DNA of 63,911 nt, the filler included, from Chiloscyllium plagiosum (lineage: Eukaryota): the NCBI RefSeq assembly GCF_004010195.1. It is 6 parts of one record of this genome, joined end to end, with 100 filler letters (N's around TTAATTAATTAA, not from the genome) between each part and the next. Parts side by side here need not be neighbours in the genome. Positions count along the whole stretch, not along the records: positions 1 to 6,761 come from NC_057712.1; positions 6,862 to 14,762 come from NC_057712.1; 4 more parts are not named here. One strand, 5' to 3'. The translations under genes were made by a program, and so were the position numbers. Below are positions 1 through 12,225 of this stretch, in pieces; position 1 is the stretch's first letter, and each line of letters starts with the position of its first letter. The notes under the pieces were generated by a model. The model was not told where the DNA came from, ran no database searches, and saw only the letters and a program-made list of their open reading frames with translations.

Positions 1-254
1 TTACAAGGGGACATAAATTTAAGGTGAAGGGTGGAAGGTATAGGGGAGATATCAGGGGTGGCTTCTTTACCCAGAGAGTGGTGGGGGCATGGAATGCGCT
101 GCCTGTGGGAGTGGTAGAGTCAGAATTATTGGTGACCTTTAAGCGGCAATTGGATAGGTACATGGATGGGTGCTTAAGCTAGGACAAATGTTCGGCACAA
201 CATCGTGGGCCGAAGGGCCTGTTCTGTGCTGTATTGTTCTATGTTCTATGTTCT
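1..254 (+). mobile_element. CR1 LINE 3' end (young HER1-like family)
   Basis: C-terminal ORF2 motif RGHKFKVKGGRYRGD..FTQRVVGAWNALP, 3' UTR and (GTTCTAT)n tail; near-identical to the copies at 6862-7636 and 48727-49450. Confidence 0.92.
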
Positions 255-2811
255 AAGGGGAACACTCCAGATGCTGGTCCAGCAGAAGAAATCCGTATTT
301 ATCGATAAATATGATTTAAGCATACAGAAGAAAGTAAACATCCATTTAATTTAAAAATATTGTGGAGGATCAAATGTTTTCCAATTCCTTTCACCTTGAC
401 AGCAACTGATATTTTTTGACCTTTTTCCTCCCTGGCACTGTGTCCTCTGATGAAAACCTGAACACTCAGATTCAGGTTTTACAGCTGCTTGCAGTCATCT
501 GGTAGTTTGCCCAAATGGTCATTATTCGTGTAAGCTGACAAGGTGAGAACTGACAGGGTACTTCATCATACAGGGGCCATCACAGCCAGACACTTAATCT
601 CGCCTCATCTCGTATCCTCAATCTGGATGTTAATGAGAGGCACGGCATTGAAGTCGAAAATAATTTATCTGCACTTGCAATTCACCAACTGCCAAGTAAT
701 ATCATAAACTGAAGGAAACCTTTTAAAGATGCTTTCTACTTACTCTCGCCCACCATATGTGCTCCAGGGCAAGCAGAAATGATTACTCAGCGCCCTGCTC
801 AGAGCTTGTATTTTATAAATCCTACCCCTTTTGTTTGGATGTGCGAATGATGTGAAAGGTGGCTACAACACTTAAAACTCAAGTCAAACACAAATCCCTC
901 CCCTGGAGCTGGCCATTGTTACATATCCGTTAACGATAGTTCCAATATGTTGCAAGAAATCATGCATATGATCACCAGGGGGCAGTCACTTCCTGCTGAC
1001 CCTTCTACAAGTGACCAAGCTGTTTGGCTAAGGTTCCAAGTCACTGTTTGCAATAAGTTTTCTTACTTTTTCCTTCTAAGGTGGGCAAGTTGTTTCGCTG
1101 ACAAGATGGCACTACCTTCTTAAAATCAGTCATAATTGAGGCATCCAATTCTTTGTTTCAGCCACAATATTTGAGATCCCTTTCGTTTAAATGTTTCTGG
1201 TGACTCCCCAGTATGTGGCTGTTGGACAATCTTTATCAGTACTTCTGTACCTCATCCACATTAATGAGAAGACGTGCAAAAAAATCAAGTCTTGTAAGTT
1301 TCATACTTCTTACAAACCATAGCTTGGACAGTTCCTAGAGTTACCGCAATTCCAAAGGAAATTTCAATGATAAAGCTGAGCTTGTGTCCTTACCTTGCAG
1401 CTTTCCAAACACTTAAGGTGAATGGAAGTAACATTTTTTTAAAAACGTGCCCAGAACCATATCTTCTTGTTTTCAGACAGGATGGGATGGATTTTCCAAT
1501 TCCTGGTTTAGGTGGGTTTAAAAAAGGCCAGATGGAACCTGATTCTGGGATTGCCATTCCCATTTCTGTCGTGGTCAATTTTGATCGCTGTAAGATAAGA
1601 GGTGGGTTCACTCCTCTGCCATTGTCAGCTCCATTACTGAAGTGGACATTTCAACCCCCACACCATCTTCATGGAGGCAGGCTGCTTTTTGGAGACGGTA
1701 TGGGTCACATCGGCTCAAAGTTGTGGTCAACCAGGAGGAACTCAGTTTCAGATATGAAATAATATGATAGGCATGTCAAAAGGTGTTGTCAGATTCATAT
1801 TTTAAACAGAAATGCTGTACGATAAGTTACAAACATTTTTAATACAGTAATTGATTAAAACGCTATGATTTGAAATGGTAAATAATGTTCAAATTGAACA
1901 GTAAAATGAAGGTGGAAACATATATAGATGCCTTGCCGTACACTATCTACCTGATAAAGTGCTATTTTGCATTGGACGTTGTTAAAATTTAGATTTGAGC
2001 GTGTCAGTTTCCCCTTCAAATGTTTATTCCTTGAGTTTCAGCTTAACCACCTGGCTGACTGTTCCATAGCTTTTCCTTATGGCTGAGCTTCTAGTTTCAA
2101 AGTAATGAGTATATTAAATTTTGGGGGCTTTGTTGACACAGTTGTTCGATGTAATCTCAATATGAGTGCCAAGCTTCACAATGAACTCAGCTCAGCAACG
2201 CATATTGGCACATGGAAATTCAGTTAGCTTGGTTATATTGACTGGTTTCTTAACAGTTAAGTGATGATCGTTGTAGCAAGTGGATTTTGCAGTGCTGTGC
2301 TTATTTTGATAGATTAATGAGTGTGTAAGAGCATTACGGTTTATTTTTAATTGATTTTGAAATGCTCCTTGTTAATTTTGATAGATTTTTGAGCCTTTAA
2401 AGAATTCTCAAGGCCATTATAGATCACATGAGTTCTCTAGGTAATGGATACCAGGTGAATACATTTGGGGAGGTGAGGAAGCATTGCCGGGCTATGGAGT
2501 TGAGGGGGTTGAGGCCATAGAAACATTTATTCAAGATAGAATTCATAGTAACATGGAAAAAATTGAGTTGGTTAGGCAGAGTCGGCATGGATTTCTAATG
2601 GAAATTGTGGCCAACAAGCTTCCTGGATTATTTTGAAGAGCTAAAAAAGAAAGGCTCAATGACCCTATTGTTGTCACAAACAAGGAATTCCAGGAGACAT
2701 TTGATTCAGAGCCACAACAACAGACTTGTGAGGAATGTTACAGAGTAATAGAGTCAAAGAAACTGACACTTCGGTCCAACTCCTCCATGCTGACCAGACA
2801 CCCCAATCTGA

Positions 2812-3038
2812 CTGGATGTAAGTTTGCTCGCTGAGCTGGAAGGTTCGTTTTCAGACGTTTCATCACCGTACTAGGTAACATCATCAGTGAGAGTCTCCGG
2901 TGAAGGCTTCATCCGCAGGCTCGCTGACGATGTTACCTAGTGCAGTGATGAAACGTCTGAAAACGAACCTTCCAGCTCAACGAGCAAACCTACATCCAGA
3001 ACCTCAGCCTGAGCTACAAATCTTCTCGAAACTCGCTA
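2812..3038. mobile_element. Penelope-like foldback mini-insertion with a hammerhead core in each arm
   Basis: About 80-bp inverted arms at 2812-2891 and 2920-2999; 12-bp target-site duplication ACCCCAATCTGA at 2800-2811 and 3039-3050. Confidence 0.85.
2849..2891 (-). ncRNA. Minimal type-I hammerhead ribozyme motif, intact core
   Basis: Minus strand reads CUCA-CUGAUGA-U-GUUACC-UAGUAC-GGUGAU-GAAA-CGUC-UGA: conserved core, stem II, palindromic ACGU stem III, GUC cleavage triplet, UCA/UGA stem I. The plus-strand partner at 2920-2962 has CUGACGA...GAAACGUC. Confidence 0.75.
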
Positions 3039-5841
3039 ACCCCAATCTGATCTAGCCCCATTTGCCATCATTTCGTCTATATCTCTGCAAACCCTTTCTC
3101 TTCATATATTCATCCAGAGTCGATTTAATTATTGTAATTTTACCCGCCTCCACCACTTCCTCTGGCAGTATGTTCCATACATGCACCACTCTCTGTGGGA
3201 AAACATTGCCCCTTAGGACCTTTTTAAATCTTTCACCTCTCACCTTAAACCTATGCCTTCTGGTTTTGGACTCCACCACCGTGGGAAAAAGACTTTGTCT
3301 ATTAATCGTAACCATGCCCCTCATGATTCGAGAAACCTCTATAAGGTCACCCCTCAGCCTCCGATGTTTCAGGGAAAACAGCCCCAGCTTGTTGAGCCTC
3401 TCCCTATAACTCAAATCTTCCAGTCCTGGCTACATCCTTGCAAACCTTTTCTGAACCGTCTCAAGTTTAACAACATCCTTCCTATAGAAGGGTGACTAGA
3501 ATTGTACTCAATATTCTAAAAGTGGTTTCACAATGTTGTTATAGTTGTATAAAATGGTCTGTATGAACATGGATGGAAAATTGGTGGATTGTTAAGGAAC
3601 AGAGAGCGGTGGTCAAAGAATTTTTTCCAGGCTAGTTGAAGGTTTGTAGTGGAGCTCCACAGGAGCACATACTGGGACCCTTGCTTTTCCTGTTAGAAAT
3701 TAATTATCTAGATCTTGGTGTGTAGAGGGTAATTTCAAAGTTTGCAGCTGACACAAAAATGGAAAGAATTAAATAGGAAGGGATTGGAGGGATATGGGCC
3801 GGGTGCTGGCAGGTGGGACTAGATTGGGTTGGGATATCTGGTCGGCATGGACGGGTTGGACCGAATGGTCTGTTTCCGAGCTGTACATCTCTATGACTCT
3901 ATGATAGCTTACAATGGAACTACAAAGGTGCATTGTTAACTTGGAGTAGGCAGATAGGCAGCAGATAGGTTTCAATGCAGACCTGTGTAAGGTGTTGCAT
4001 TTTGGCAGGAAGAGGAATGAAAGACTGTATAAAATCAGGAGTTGAGTTCTAAAGGGGGCGTAGCAGCAGAGGGACCTGGATGTGTACGTGCTCAGATCAT
4101 TGAAGGTGGCAGGACAGGGTGTAGAGAGCAACAAGTAAAGCGCACATTATCCTTGGCTTTATTAATTAGGGCACAGAGTACAAGAACAGGGAGGTGATCC
4201 TAAACTTGTACAAGATAGATCTCAGCTGAAATATTGTGTGCAAATCTGGGCACCACATTATAGGAAGGATTGGAGACTGTGGAGAAATGATTGACAAGAG
4301 TAGTTGCAGGGATGAGAAATTTACTGAAGCATTTGGGATTGTTTTCCTTGGAGTGAAGAAAGCTGATAAGAAATTTTCAAAAGCATGAGCAGGAATAGTG
4401 CACGGAGAAACTATTCTTGCTTGTGAAAGAATCTGAATCGAGAGGGTACAGATTTCAAGTGATTTACAAAATAAGTGACTTGTGGTGTAGGGAGGAAAAC
4501 ATCTTTTCATACAATAGCTGGTTGAGGTATAGAATGCACTGTCTATAAACCTGGTGGAGGCAGCTTCAACTGAAGCATTCAAGAGGGCCTTGGATGATTA
4601 TTTGGATAGTAATGATGTGCAAGGACATGGGGAAAAGGCAGGAGCCTGGCACTAGGTAATGAGGAGCTGGTGCAGACGCGATGGGCTGAATGGCCCTCTT
4701 CTGCTCCGTGAGACTTCTGTGATGTGGGAGGTGAGAGGAATATGGGGGTCAGTGAGGTAGGTGTGAAGCCACTGTAAATCTGGGCAATGGTTTCAGTGAG
4801 CAGAAGAAGGACAGTTTTAAACCTGACTCCACGTCAGGCTTGCAGTTGCTGGTGACAGGCTCATTTCCAGCACCTCTCCCCATTGCACTATCAACACAGC
4901 ACACTATCAACAGTGGGCACTGTTGGGTCGGACACAGGATTGTGATGTCAGGAAATCCTGCCACCACCGACTCTCACTTTCAAGGTAAGATCTCACTAGG
5001 TTTACAAATGTACAAAACCTCTCCAGTCTTCAGACTTGCGACAAAGCAAACTGTGGATTTCAAGGCGTATTCGCTTATTGGTTTTTGGTCTACTTTGTGA
5101 CATCCTGTGCCTCTTCTGCTAAATATTCTGACACATACCTTCTCCAGCGACTTCTGATTATCTGGCATTAAACACCCCGCCACTTCTGCAGCTGGAGACA
5201 GAATTCTGTATTTAGTCCAGATTATTATGCTCCCTGAGATGAATTGCTTCAATAAGTCACATATGACGATCAGTCAAAACTTACTTCCATGCTCCCTTGC
5301 AACAGGCTAGGCTTTGATCTCTGCCAGTAGATCCATTACTGATTCTGAGATGCTGAATCTGCCAGACACATGAATGAGAAATTGAAGAATGGTTACTGTT
5401 TCTGAGAACTGTAGATCTAGGAGGAGGAGTTTAATGTTAAAATCCTGACCAAGAGTTTCGTCTACTTTTGTACTCGTTTTTGCAATGGGAATTTGAAGTG
5501 CTTTTTATGTCCTGTGTGGAGTTTCTCTGAACTTTTACATTGCTTTAAAGAGCAACACACTACAGTGGTTTGGTCCTTAAAAGAGGCCATACCTTCTGAT
5601 CAAACTAATGAACAGCATTGGTTTCTGACAATTACACTTGGCCTGCCAAGGAAGCTCTTTCAGTTAATCTTTGCCAGGACAATCTCTTAAAAGTTTTTAA
5701 ATATTTAATTAACTCAGAAGCTGACTAATGTGCACAAAGTAAACAATAAAATGGTTCTGGATAGTTTTATGAGTGTTATTTTCAATGAATCTCACTCTAC
5801 TTACTCACAGTTGGTGGACTGTCATTCTTAATAAAAATGAA

Positions 5842-6013
5842 GGAGAAAGTGAGGTCTGCAGATGCTGGAGATCAGAGCTGAAAATGTGTTGCTGGAAAAG
5901 CGCAGCAGGTCAGGCAGCATCCAAGGAGCAGGAGAATCGACGTTTCGGGGCATGAGCCCTTTTTCAGGAATTGTCCTGAAGAAGGGCTCATGCCTGAAAG
6001 GTCGATTCTCCTG
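5842..6013. mobile_element. Penelope-like foldback mini-insertion with degenerate hammerheads
   Basis: Inverted arms around CTGAAGAAGGGCTCATGCCTGAAAGGTC; 15-bp TSD CTTAATAAAAATGAA at 5827-5841 and 6014-6028. Confidence 0.85.
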
Positions 6014-6366
6014 CTTAATAAAAATGAATACTACTTATTAGAATCCTATTTTAATTTGCATTCGTATTCAACATTTTGTATTGAAATAAGGATTAAAAGG
6101 TGGAAAATTACTTCCTATTCCACCACCCAATTGTTACAAATTGTGGAGCAATGATCTGCAAATGGAATTGGCCCATAGCATCACTTTGGAAAAGGAACAA
6201 AACTTGCACTGAGAGCTTTGCAGCTCCTCAGGGAGAGGAGTGCACTCCCATGGCTCCCAAAGCCCTCCCTCACTGAGGCATAACAACCCTGCTCACTGCC
6301 TCATGTCTGCCCTGTCAATTATCAACATAAAACAAAGTGCTGGAGAAACTCAGCAAGTGTCTATAT

Positions 6367-6761
6367 ATGTGAGTGTGAGTGTGTGTGTATGTGAGTGTGT
6401 GTGTATGTGAGTGTGTGTGTATGTGAGTGTGTGTGTATGTGAGTGTGTGTGTATGTGAGTGTGTGTGTATGTGAGTGTGTGTGTATGTGAGTGTGTGTGT
6501 ATGTGAGTGTGTGTGTATGTGAGTGTGTGTGTATGTGAGTGTGTGTGTATGTGAGTGTGTGTGTATGTGAGTGTGTGTGTATGTGAGTGTGTGTGTATGT
6601 GAGTGTGTGTGTATGTGAGTGTGTGTGTATGTGAGTGTGTGTGTATGTGAGTGTGTGTGTATGTGAGTGTGTGTGTATGTGAGTGTGTGTGTATGTGAGT
6701 GTGTGTGTATGTGAGTGTGTGTGTATGTGAGTGTGTGTGTATGTGAGTGTGTGTGTATGTG
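6367..6761 (+). repeat. 16-bp tandem repeat (ATGTGAGTGTGTGTGT)n, about 24 copies
   Basis: Direct reading; runs into the contig spacer. Confidence 0.95.
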
Positions 6762-6861
6762 NNNNNNNNNNNNNNNNNNNNNNNNNNNNNNNNNNNNNNN
6801 NNNNNTTAATTAATTAANNNNNNNNNNNNNNNNNNNNNNNNNNNNNNNNNNNNNNNNNNNN
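6762..6861. other. Artificial contig spacer 44N-TTAATTAATTAA-44N
   Basis: Identical 100-nt spacer occurs five times; the 12-mer supplies stop codons in all six frames. Confidence 0.97.
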
Positions 6862-7238
6862 TTGGTAAGGCCACATTTGGAGTATTGTGTGCAGTTCTGG
6901 TCGCCTCACTTTAGGAAAGGTGTGGAAGCTTTGGAGAGGGTGCAGAGAAGATTTACCAGGATGTTGCCTGGAATGGAGAATAGGTCGTACGAGGATAGGT
7001 TGAGAGTGCTAGGCCTTTTCTCGTTGGAACGGCGAAGGATGAGGGGTGACTTGATAGAGGTTTATAAGATGATCAGAAGAATAATAGAGTAGATAGTCAG
7101 AAACTTTTTCCCCGGGTACAACAGAGTGTTACAAGGGGACATAAATTTAAGATGAAGGGTGGAAGGTATAGGGGAGATGTCAGTGGTGGGGGCATGGAAT
7201 GCGCTGCCTGTGGGAGTGGTAGAGTCAGAATCTTTGGT

Positions 7239-7499
7239 AAAAACAATGACTGCAGATGCTGAAAACCAGATTCTGGATTAGTGGTGCTGGAAGAGCACAG
7301 CAGTTCGGGCAGCATCCGAGGACAGGCAAAATCCGAGGACAGGCAAAATCGACGTTTCGGGCAATAGCCCTTCAACAGGATAGCTTTATTCCTGATGAAG
7401 GGCTTTTGCCCGAAACGTCGATTTTGCCTGTCCTCTGATTTTGCCTGTCCTCGGATGCTGCCTGAACTGCTGTGCTCTTCCAGCACCACTAATCCAGAA
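7239..7499. mobile_element. Penelope-like foldback mini-insertion nested in a young CR1
   Basis: About 110-bp inverted arms; 14-bp TSD TCAGAATCTTTGGT at 7225-7238 and 7500-7513; a 17-bp internal duplication is mirrored in both arms. Confidence 0.88.
7388..7423 (+). ncRNA. Minimal type-I hammerhead ribozyme motif, intact core
   Basis: AUUC-CUGAUGA(7392-7398)-A-GGGC-UUUU-GCCC-GAAA(7412-7415)-CGUC-GAUU; predicted cleavage after C7419; stem I is weak. Confidence 0.72.
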
Positions 7500-8389
7500 T
7501 CAGAATCTTTGGTGACCTTTAAGCGGCAGTTGGATAGGTACATGGATGGGTGCTTAAGCTAGGACAAATGTTCGGCACAACATCGTGGGCCGAAGGGCCT
7601 GTTCTGTGCTGTATTGTTCTATGTTCTATGTTCTATAGTATAGCAGAATATCTGTGAAGAGAGATTTAAAGGTCAAACAAGGTTGAGAAAGAGGAATACT
7701 CCACTGAATGTGTGATGTATTTTTGGTGCTGATGGCAGGAGGCAAGAAAAGTGTGGTTATATATCCTGGTGATCACCCTGCATCCCTCCTCCTCCCCAGG
7801 CCTTGTTAAAGTCTGTGATAAAACAAGATACATATTAAGGAGTTGGCTGTTAAATAATTTGAAAAGGCAACTACAAATAGTGGATCTGAATCTTGAAAAA
7901 TCAGAACATTGCGTTTCATTATCTCCATCAACACCACACAGAGGTTCACAGCAACGAAGGAAAAAAATTAAGATGACACCTTCCTGGAACCATATGCTGT
8001 GGAATCAAGAAACCTCGAGTACAGAGGCACAGTCTGCAGATAAGGATAACTCCACGCAGTGAACTGACAAAGTGGTAAGGATGTCAAAGAATGAGAAATG
8101 TCCTTCTTCTAGTTCCAACCTCCATGGCCAATGAGATTAAAGACAAATGGATCATTTGACTTGCTTTTAATTACACTATTCTGAAATGGTCACAATCAGA
8201 AGCAAATAATTAAAAGTGGCAAAATCATTTGAGTGAGGACTTTCACTTAAAAAGACTTTGAGCCCAAAGTGGTCCAGACCTTTTATTTTGAATACTTTTC
8301 ATTGTACATTCCAAAAAAAATGAAAGACTGTCAGTGAGTTGCAAGCTCCAGTAAATCATTGCTGGTGTACTTTTTCTGAAAGACACTGA

Positions 8390-8730
8390 GCCACGGATGG
8401 GGTGGATAATCAAAGACTTTTTCCTAGGGTGGATATGTCAAATTCTGGGGGACACAATTTTAAGATGAGTGGGGAAAAGTTCAAAAGATATATGCATGTT
8501 TTACACAGAGGGTGATGGGTGCCTGGAGTATGCTGCTGGGGAGGTGGTAAAGCAGGTAAGTTAGTGAAGTTTAAGAGGCATTTAGACAGACACATGAACA
8601 GGCAGGCAATAGAGGGCTATGAACTGTGTACAGACAGATGGGATGAGTTTAGAATGACACCCTATAGTCAGCACAGACACAAAGGGTGGAAGGGCCTTTT
8701 CCTGTGCTATACTGTTCAGGCTCTACATTG
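8390..8730 (+). mobile_element. Degraded CR1 LINE 3' end
   Basis: FKRHLDRHMNRQ motif and CR1-type 3' UTR. Confidence 0.75.
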
Positions 8731-9502
8731 AAGTAAGACCACAACCTCTGGGCAATTTGAATTCATTATTAGTTTAAGGAAGACCTCCAGATTTTTAGAG
8801 GTTCCAGGAAATTTAAACATAAAACTAATTTGACATTTTCAGCAAATTGCCCAGTTGTTGTCATAACTAAAATTGACAGTCCATGGTAATGAAGGCCAAT
8901 GACAACACGACATGAGGAGGCATGTGTAGTTGAATGATAGCTTCATATTTAACCATTTTTATGGAAATATATTTAAAGCATTCAGGAGTTTCCTGGATTG
9001 CTTTTTTAAAAAATTTCAGTGAAAAGACACTGGAACATTTTTTTAACAAGACATTTCTTGGAAACTGCGCCTTTGCTGATAATCACTAGTCTTGGTTGCT
9101 TGAAATTACTTCAGGGAAAATGCCTGGCTTTTTATTTCATGACTGGGTTTTGTGGCTGCTCCATTTAAACGATTTTGTCGGCTTGAAGATTGTTTTGGAG
9201 TGGCTGATGATCGCTTGCTGAACAAAAAGGTTTTTCCAGCCTCGGTCTGGAAAAATCCCTGTTCTTTATCCAAAGTGAAAACTGATTACCTTATGGAAGA
9301 TTGTCTGGACGAATCTTCAGTACTGCATTTCCTGGAGAAGTTGTGGTTCTATAGTTCCCAGAGACAACAGCTTCCATCTACTGAGGCTAGAACAGCACAT
9401 TAACAGTCATTCCACCATCTCAGACCTTATTCTCGTTTTTGCCATCAAGAACTAAGACTTATTAGCTGAAAGCTTTTTGTGTGTTTGTGTGTCTGTGTGT
9501 GT

Positions 9503-10942
9503 CTGGAACATTCCTTGCTCCAGTCCTATTCCAGCCTCCACCTGCAACTCTTTCTCTGGCATATCAATATCATTGTTGCCGCCTCTTTCTCTCATCCGGA
9601 ATTAGAAAGGTTTATCGATTTTGCTTCCAATTTCCACCCCGCCCTCACTTTCACGTGGTCCATCTCTGACTCCTCCCTCCCCTTCCTCGGTATCTCTGTT
9701 TCCATTTCTGGGATAGATTGGCCACTAATATCCACTATAAACCCACTGACTCCCACAGTTACCTGGACAATACATCCTCACACCCTGCTTCCTGTAAAGA
9801 CTCTATTCCATTCTCCCAGTTCCTCCGTCTCCGTCACATTTGGTCTGATGAGGCCAACTTCAACAACGGAAATGTCCCACTTCTTCCTCAACCGAGGATT
9901 CCCCAACACCATTATTGACAGGGCCCTTAACGGGGTCTGTCCCATCTCCCGTACTCCACCCTCACCCCCTCTCTTCCCTCCCACGACAGTGATAGGGTCC
10001 CTCTTGTCCTTAACTACCATCCCACCAGCATCCACATCCAGAGGATCATTAGCCACTATTCCTGCCACCTCCAGCAGGAAGCCACCACCAGACATATATT
10101 TCCCTCCCCTCCCCTCCCTTGTTAGCCTTTCGCAGGGACCATTCCCTCTGGGACCCCCTGATCCATTCCTCCCTCAGAGCCAACACCTCCCCACAGCCCC
10201 AAGGCACTTTCCCCTGCAACAGCAGAAGCTGTAACACTTGCCCATTTCCCTCCTCCCTCCTCAGTAACCAAGGGCCCAAACATACCTTCCAGGTGAAGCA
10301 GCACTTTACCTGCACTTCTCACAATCTAATCTATTGCATTTGCTGCTCACAATGCTCGACATTGGGGAACCGAAGCATGGACTGCGAGACTGTTTCACAG
10401 AACACCTACGTTTTGTCTAAAAGAAAGACCCTGAGCTTCCAGTTGCCTGCCACTTTAACACACCACCCTGTTCCTTGGCCAACATCTCTGTCTCAGGCCT
10501 GCTGTAGTGCTCCAGTGAAGCTCAGTGCAAGCTGGAAGATCAACACTTTTCCGCTTGGGAACCCTGCAGCCCTCCGGACCAATATCATGTTCAATAAGTT
10601 TAGGGCTTGAGTTGTCCCTTGTCCTCGCCCCAACCCCCACATGCCAGGCCTTGTTATCACATAGCCCACTATTACACACCACCCATTGTTAGTCACATTA
10701 ACAGCTTTCAGTCTCCCAGACATATCGTTATCCACTCCTTTGTCTATCCAACTGCTCTGGTCTCTCTTTGAGCTCTATCCCCACCTATCATTCACACCTT
10801 AACCCCTCCCCCCTCCTGCCTATAAACCAACATTTTCCCAGCTATCATCAGTTTTGTGGAAGGGTCGCTGAACCTGAAATGTTAATTCTAATTTCTCTCC
10901 ACAGATGCTGCCAGATCTGCTGAGCTTTTCCAGCAATTTCTG
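9503..10942 (+). mobile_element. Penelope-like retroelement fragment (RT C-terminal part + GIY-YIG endonuclease + terminal repeat), frameshifted
   Basis: FIDFASNFHPALTFTWSISDSSLPFL, TNIHYKPTDSHSYLD..SSHPASCKDSIPFSQFLRLR, GTFPCNSRSCNTC, FTCTSHNLIYCICCSQC; decayed hammerhead at about 10846-10890. Confidence 0.9.
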
Positions 10943-12225
10943 CTGTGTGTGTGCGCGCGCACATGTGCGTGAGAACAAATTCTGCACCTGAGTTGAAGTT
11001 TTATTTTATCACCAATACTTTTGTGCATTAAAGAAGTTTGGGGTTGATTAAACTTTCATTTTAATTCTAAAATAGCATTTCTGTAACTGAGTAAAATAAT
11101 TACATTTTAGTTGAGGCATGCAGAGTACTGGGCCTAAAGAAAACCAGTACATTCTTCCAATCTCGGAGATAACAATATAAACCATCGCTTTCTATTTGGC
11201 TGGGTGCTGGTCAAGCTTTCGGCAGACATTGATATTAGGAAATAAAGTGATGCTCAGTTCCAGAATGCAGCCCTGAGAATTTGGAGGCTGCCGTCTTGAT
11301 CGACGCAAAGTGCTAAATAAAAATCCTCCCCCAAGAGCTACTTCAAAAGCCTTCAGTCAGAGATGCCATGAGAAGCTGTCAAAGGGACAGATGGACTGGT
11401 TTCGGCTTCAGTACATTCTAGCAGTAAACTCTACAAACCTGTGGGATATCCATATGGTGCCCATTTTTCACTGTTTAGAATGGCAGTGCCAGCTGCCAAA
11501 AACCAGAACACATCACCAAGAAGATTATACACTGAAAATGTTTAGGAGATATGTCTCAAATATTAGCTCTTAATCTGAGGAATAAGTGATAAGCTGCATT
11601 GCTTAACTCTAATTACTTAAAGACATACACAACAGGCTAAACATAGCCTATCAAAGATTGTAGAATGCGAGCTCATTTTTCCAAATAATTTCAGAGGCGT
11701 TTGCTGATGAAGGAGACAGGGTATAGGAAGAGATGTGTTCCTCAAAGCCCTCCGACCAACTCCAAGGAAAGCAAAATTTGCATTTTGCATTGCTTGAGAT
11801 CTGGATGCCAAATTGACAAAATCAACTCGTGCAATCTGTAATGACCACATCTTTTTTTTTGCTGTATACTCAAACAGTGCAGTATTTGGATCTGCACTTG
11901 CAATGTCAGGCCATTCGAGGCTATAGGTCAAATACTGGAATCCTGGGTTAGAATAGTTAGGTGGTTGTTTTTGACTGACACAGAAGTGATGGCCTGAATG
12001 GCCTGTTTCTGTGCTGTATAATGCTGGCACTTACGAATGGGGAGATAAATGCTGGCCAAGCCAATGATGCCCGAGTCTCGTGAACGAATGCCCCAACTGC
12101 ACTAGCAAGTCTCCCTGTGAGCATATCAGGATGTTAAGGTGAAACCTGGCCAGATTGGACAGGTCCCAGAACTGGTCCCAATTCCTCAAAAACCTGATCA
12201 CCTCCTTCCTATTACCAGTTATTGA

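Larger units (their letters stand above)
2741..3530 (-). mobile_element. CR1 LINE 3' fragment containing a Penelope-derived foldback insertion
   Basis: ORF 3052-3414(-) LSYRERLNKLGLFSLKHRRLRGDLIEV...WNILP is the CR1 ORF2 C-terminus; the 3' UTR is split at 2812-3038. Confidence 0.9.
2455..4720 (+). mobile_element. Old degraded CR1 LINE RT/3' region, interrupted by younger insertions (2741-3530, 3771-3903)
   Basis: Decayed RT motifs (GAPQEHILGPLLFLL, SKFAADTK, FNADLCKVLHFGR) through to a CR1-type 3' UTR near 4720; many stops and frameshifts. Confidence 0.75.
6862..7636 (+). mobile_element. Young CR1 LINE 3' part
   Basis: VRPHLEYCVQFWSPHFRK..LERVQRRFTRMLPG..RGDLIEVYKM, (GTTCTAT)n tail; interrupted at 7239-7499. 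Confidence 0.93.

Noticed and set aside
447..480. CTGATGA followed by a 10-bp hairpin (AAAACCTGAA/TTCAGGTTTT), possible hammerhead
   Set aside because: No GAAA or NUH after the stem, and no Penelope context.
1367..1762. 131-aa ORF in unique-looking sequence, with an overlapping minus-strand exon-like segment
   Set aside because: No recognisable domain or supporting neighbouring exons; cannot be supported without homology or RNA data.
6762..6861. Recurring TTAATTAATTAA palindrome flanked by Ns (five occurrences)
   Set aside because: Identical 44N-12-44N format is a contig-joining linker with six-frame stops, not biology; ORFs running into it are artefacts.
7751..8062. 103-aa ORF preceded by a pyrimidine-rich AG
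   Set aside because: No recognisable protein family; length is within chance expectation.
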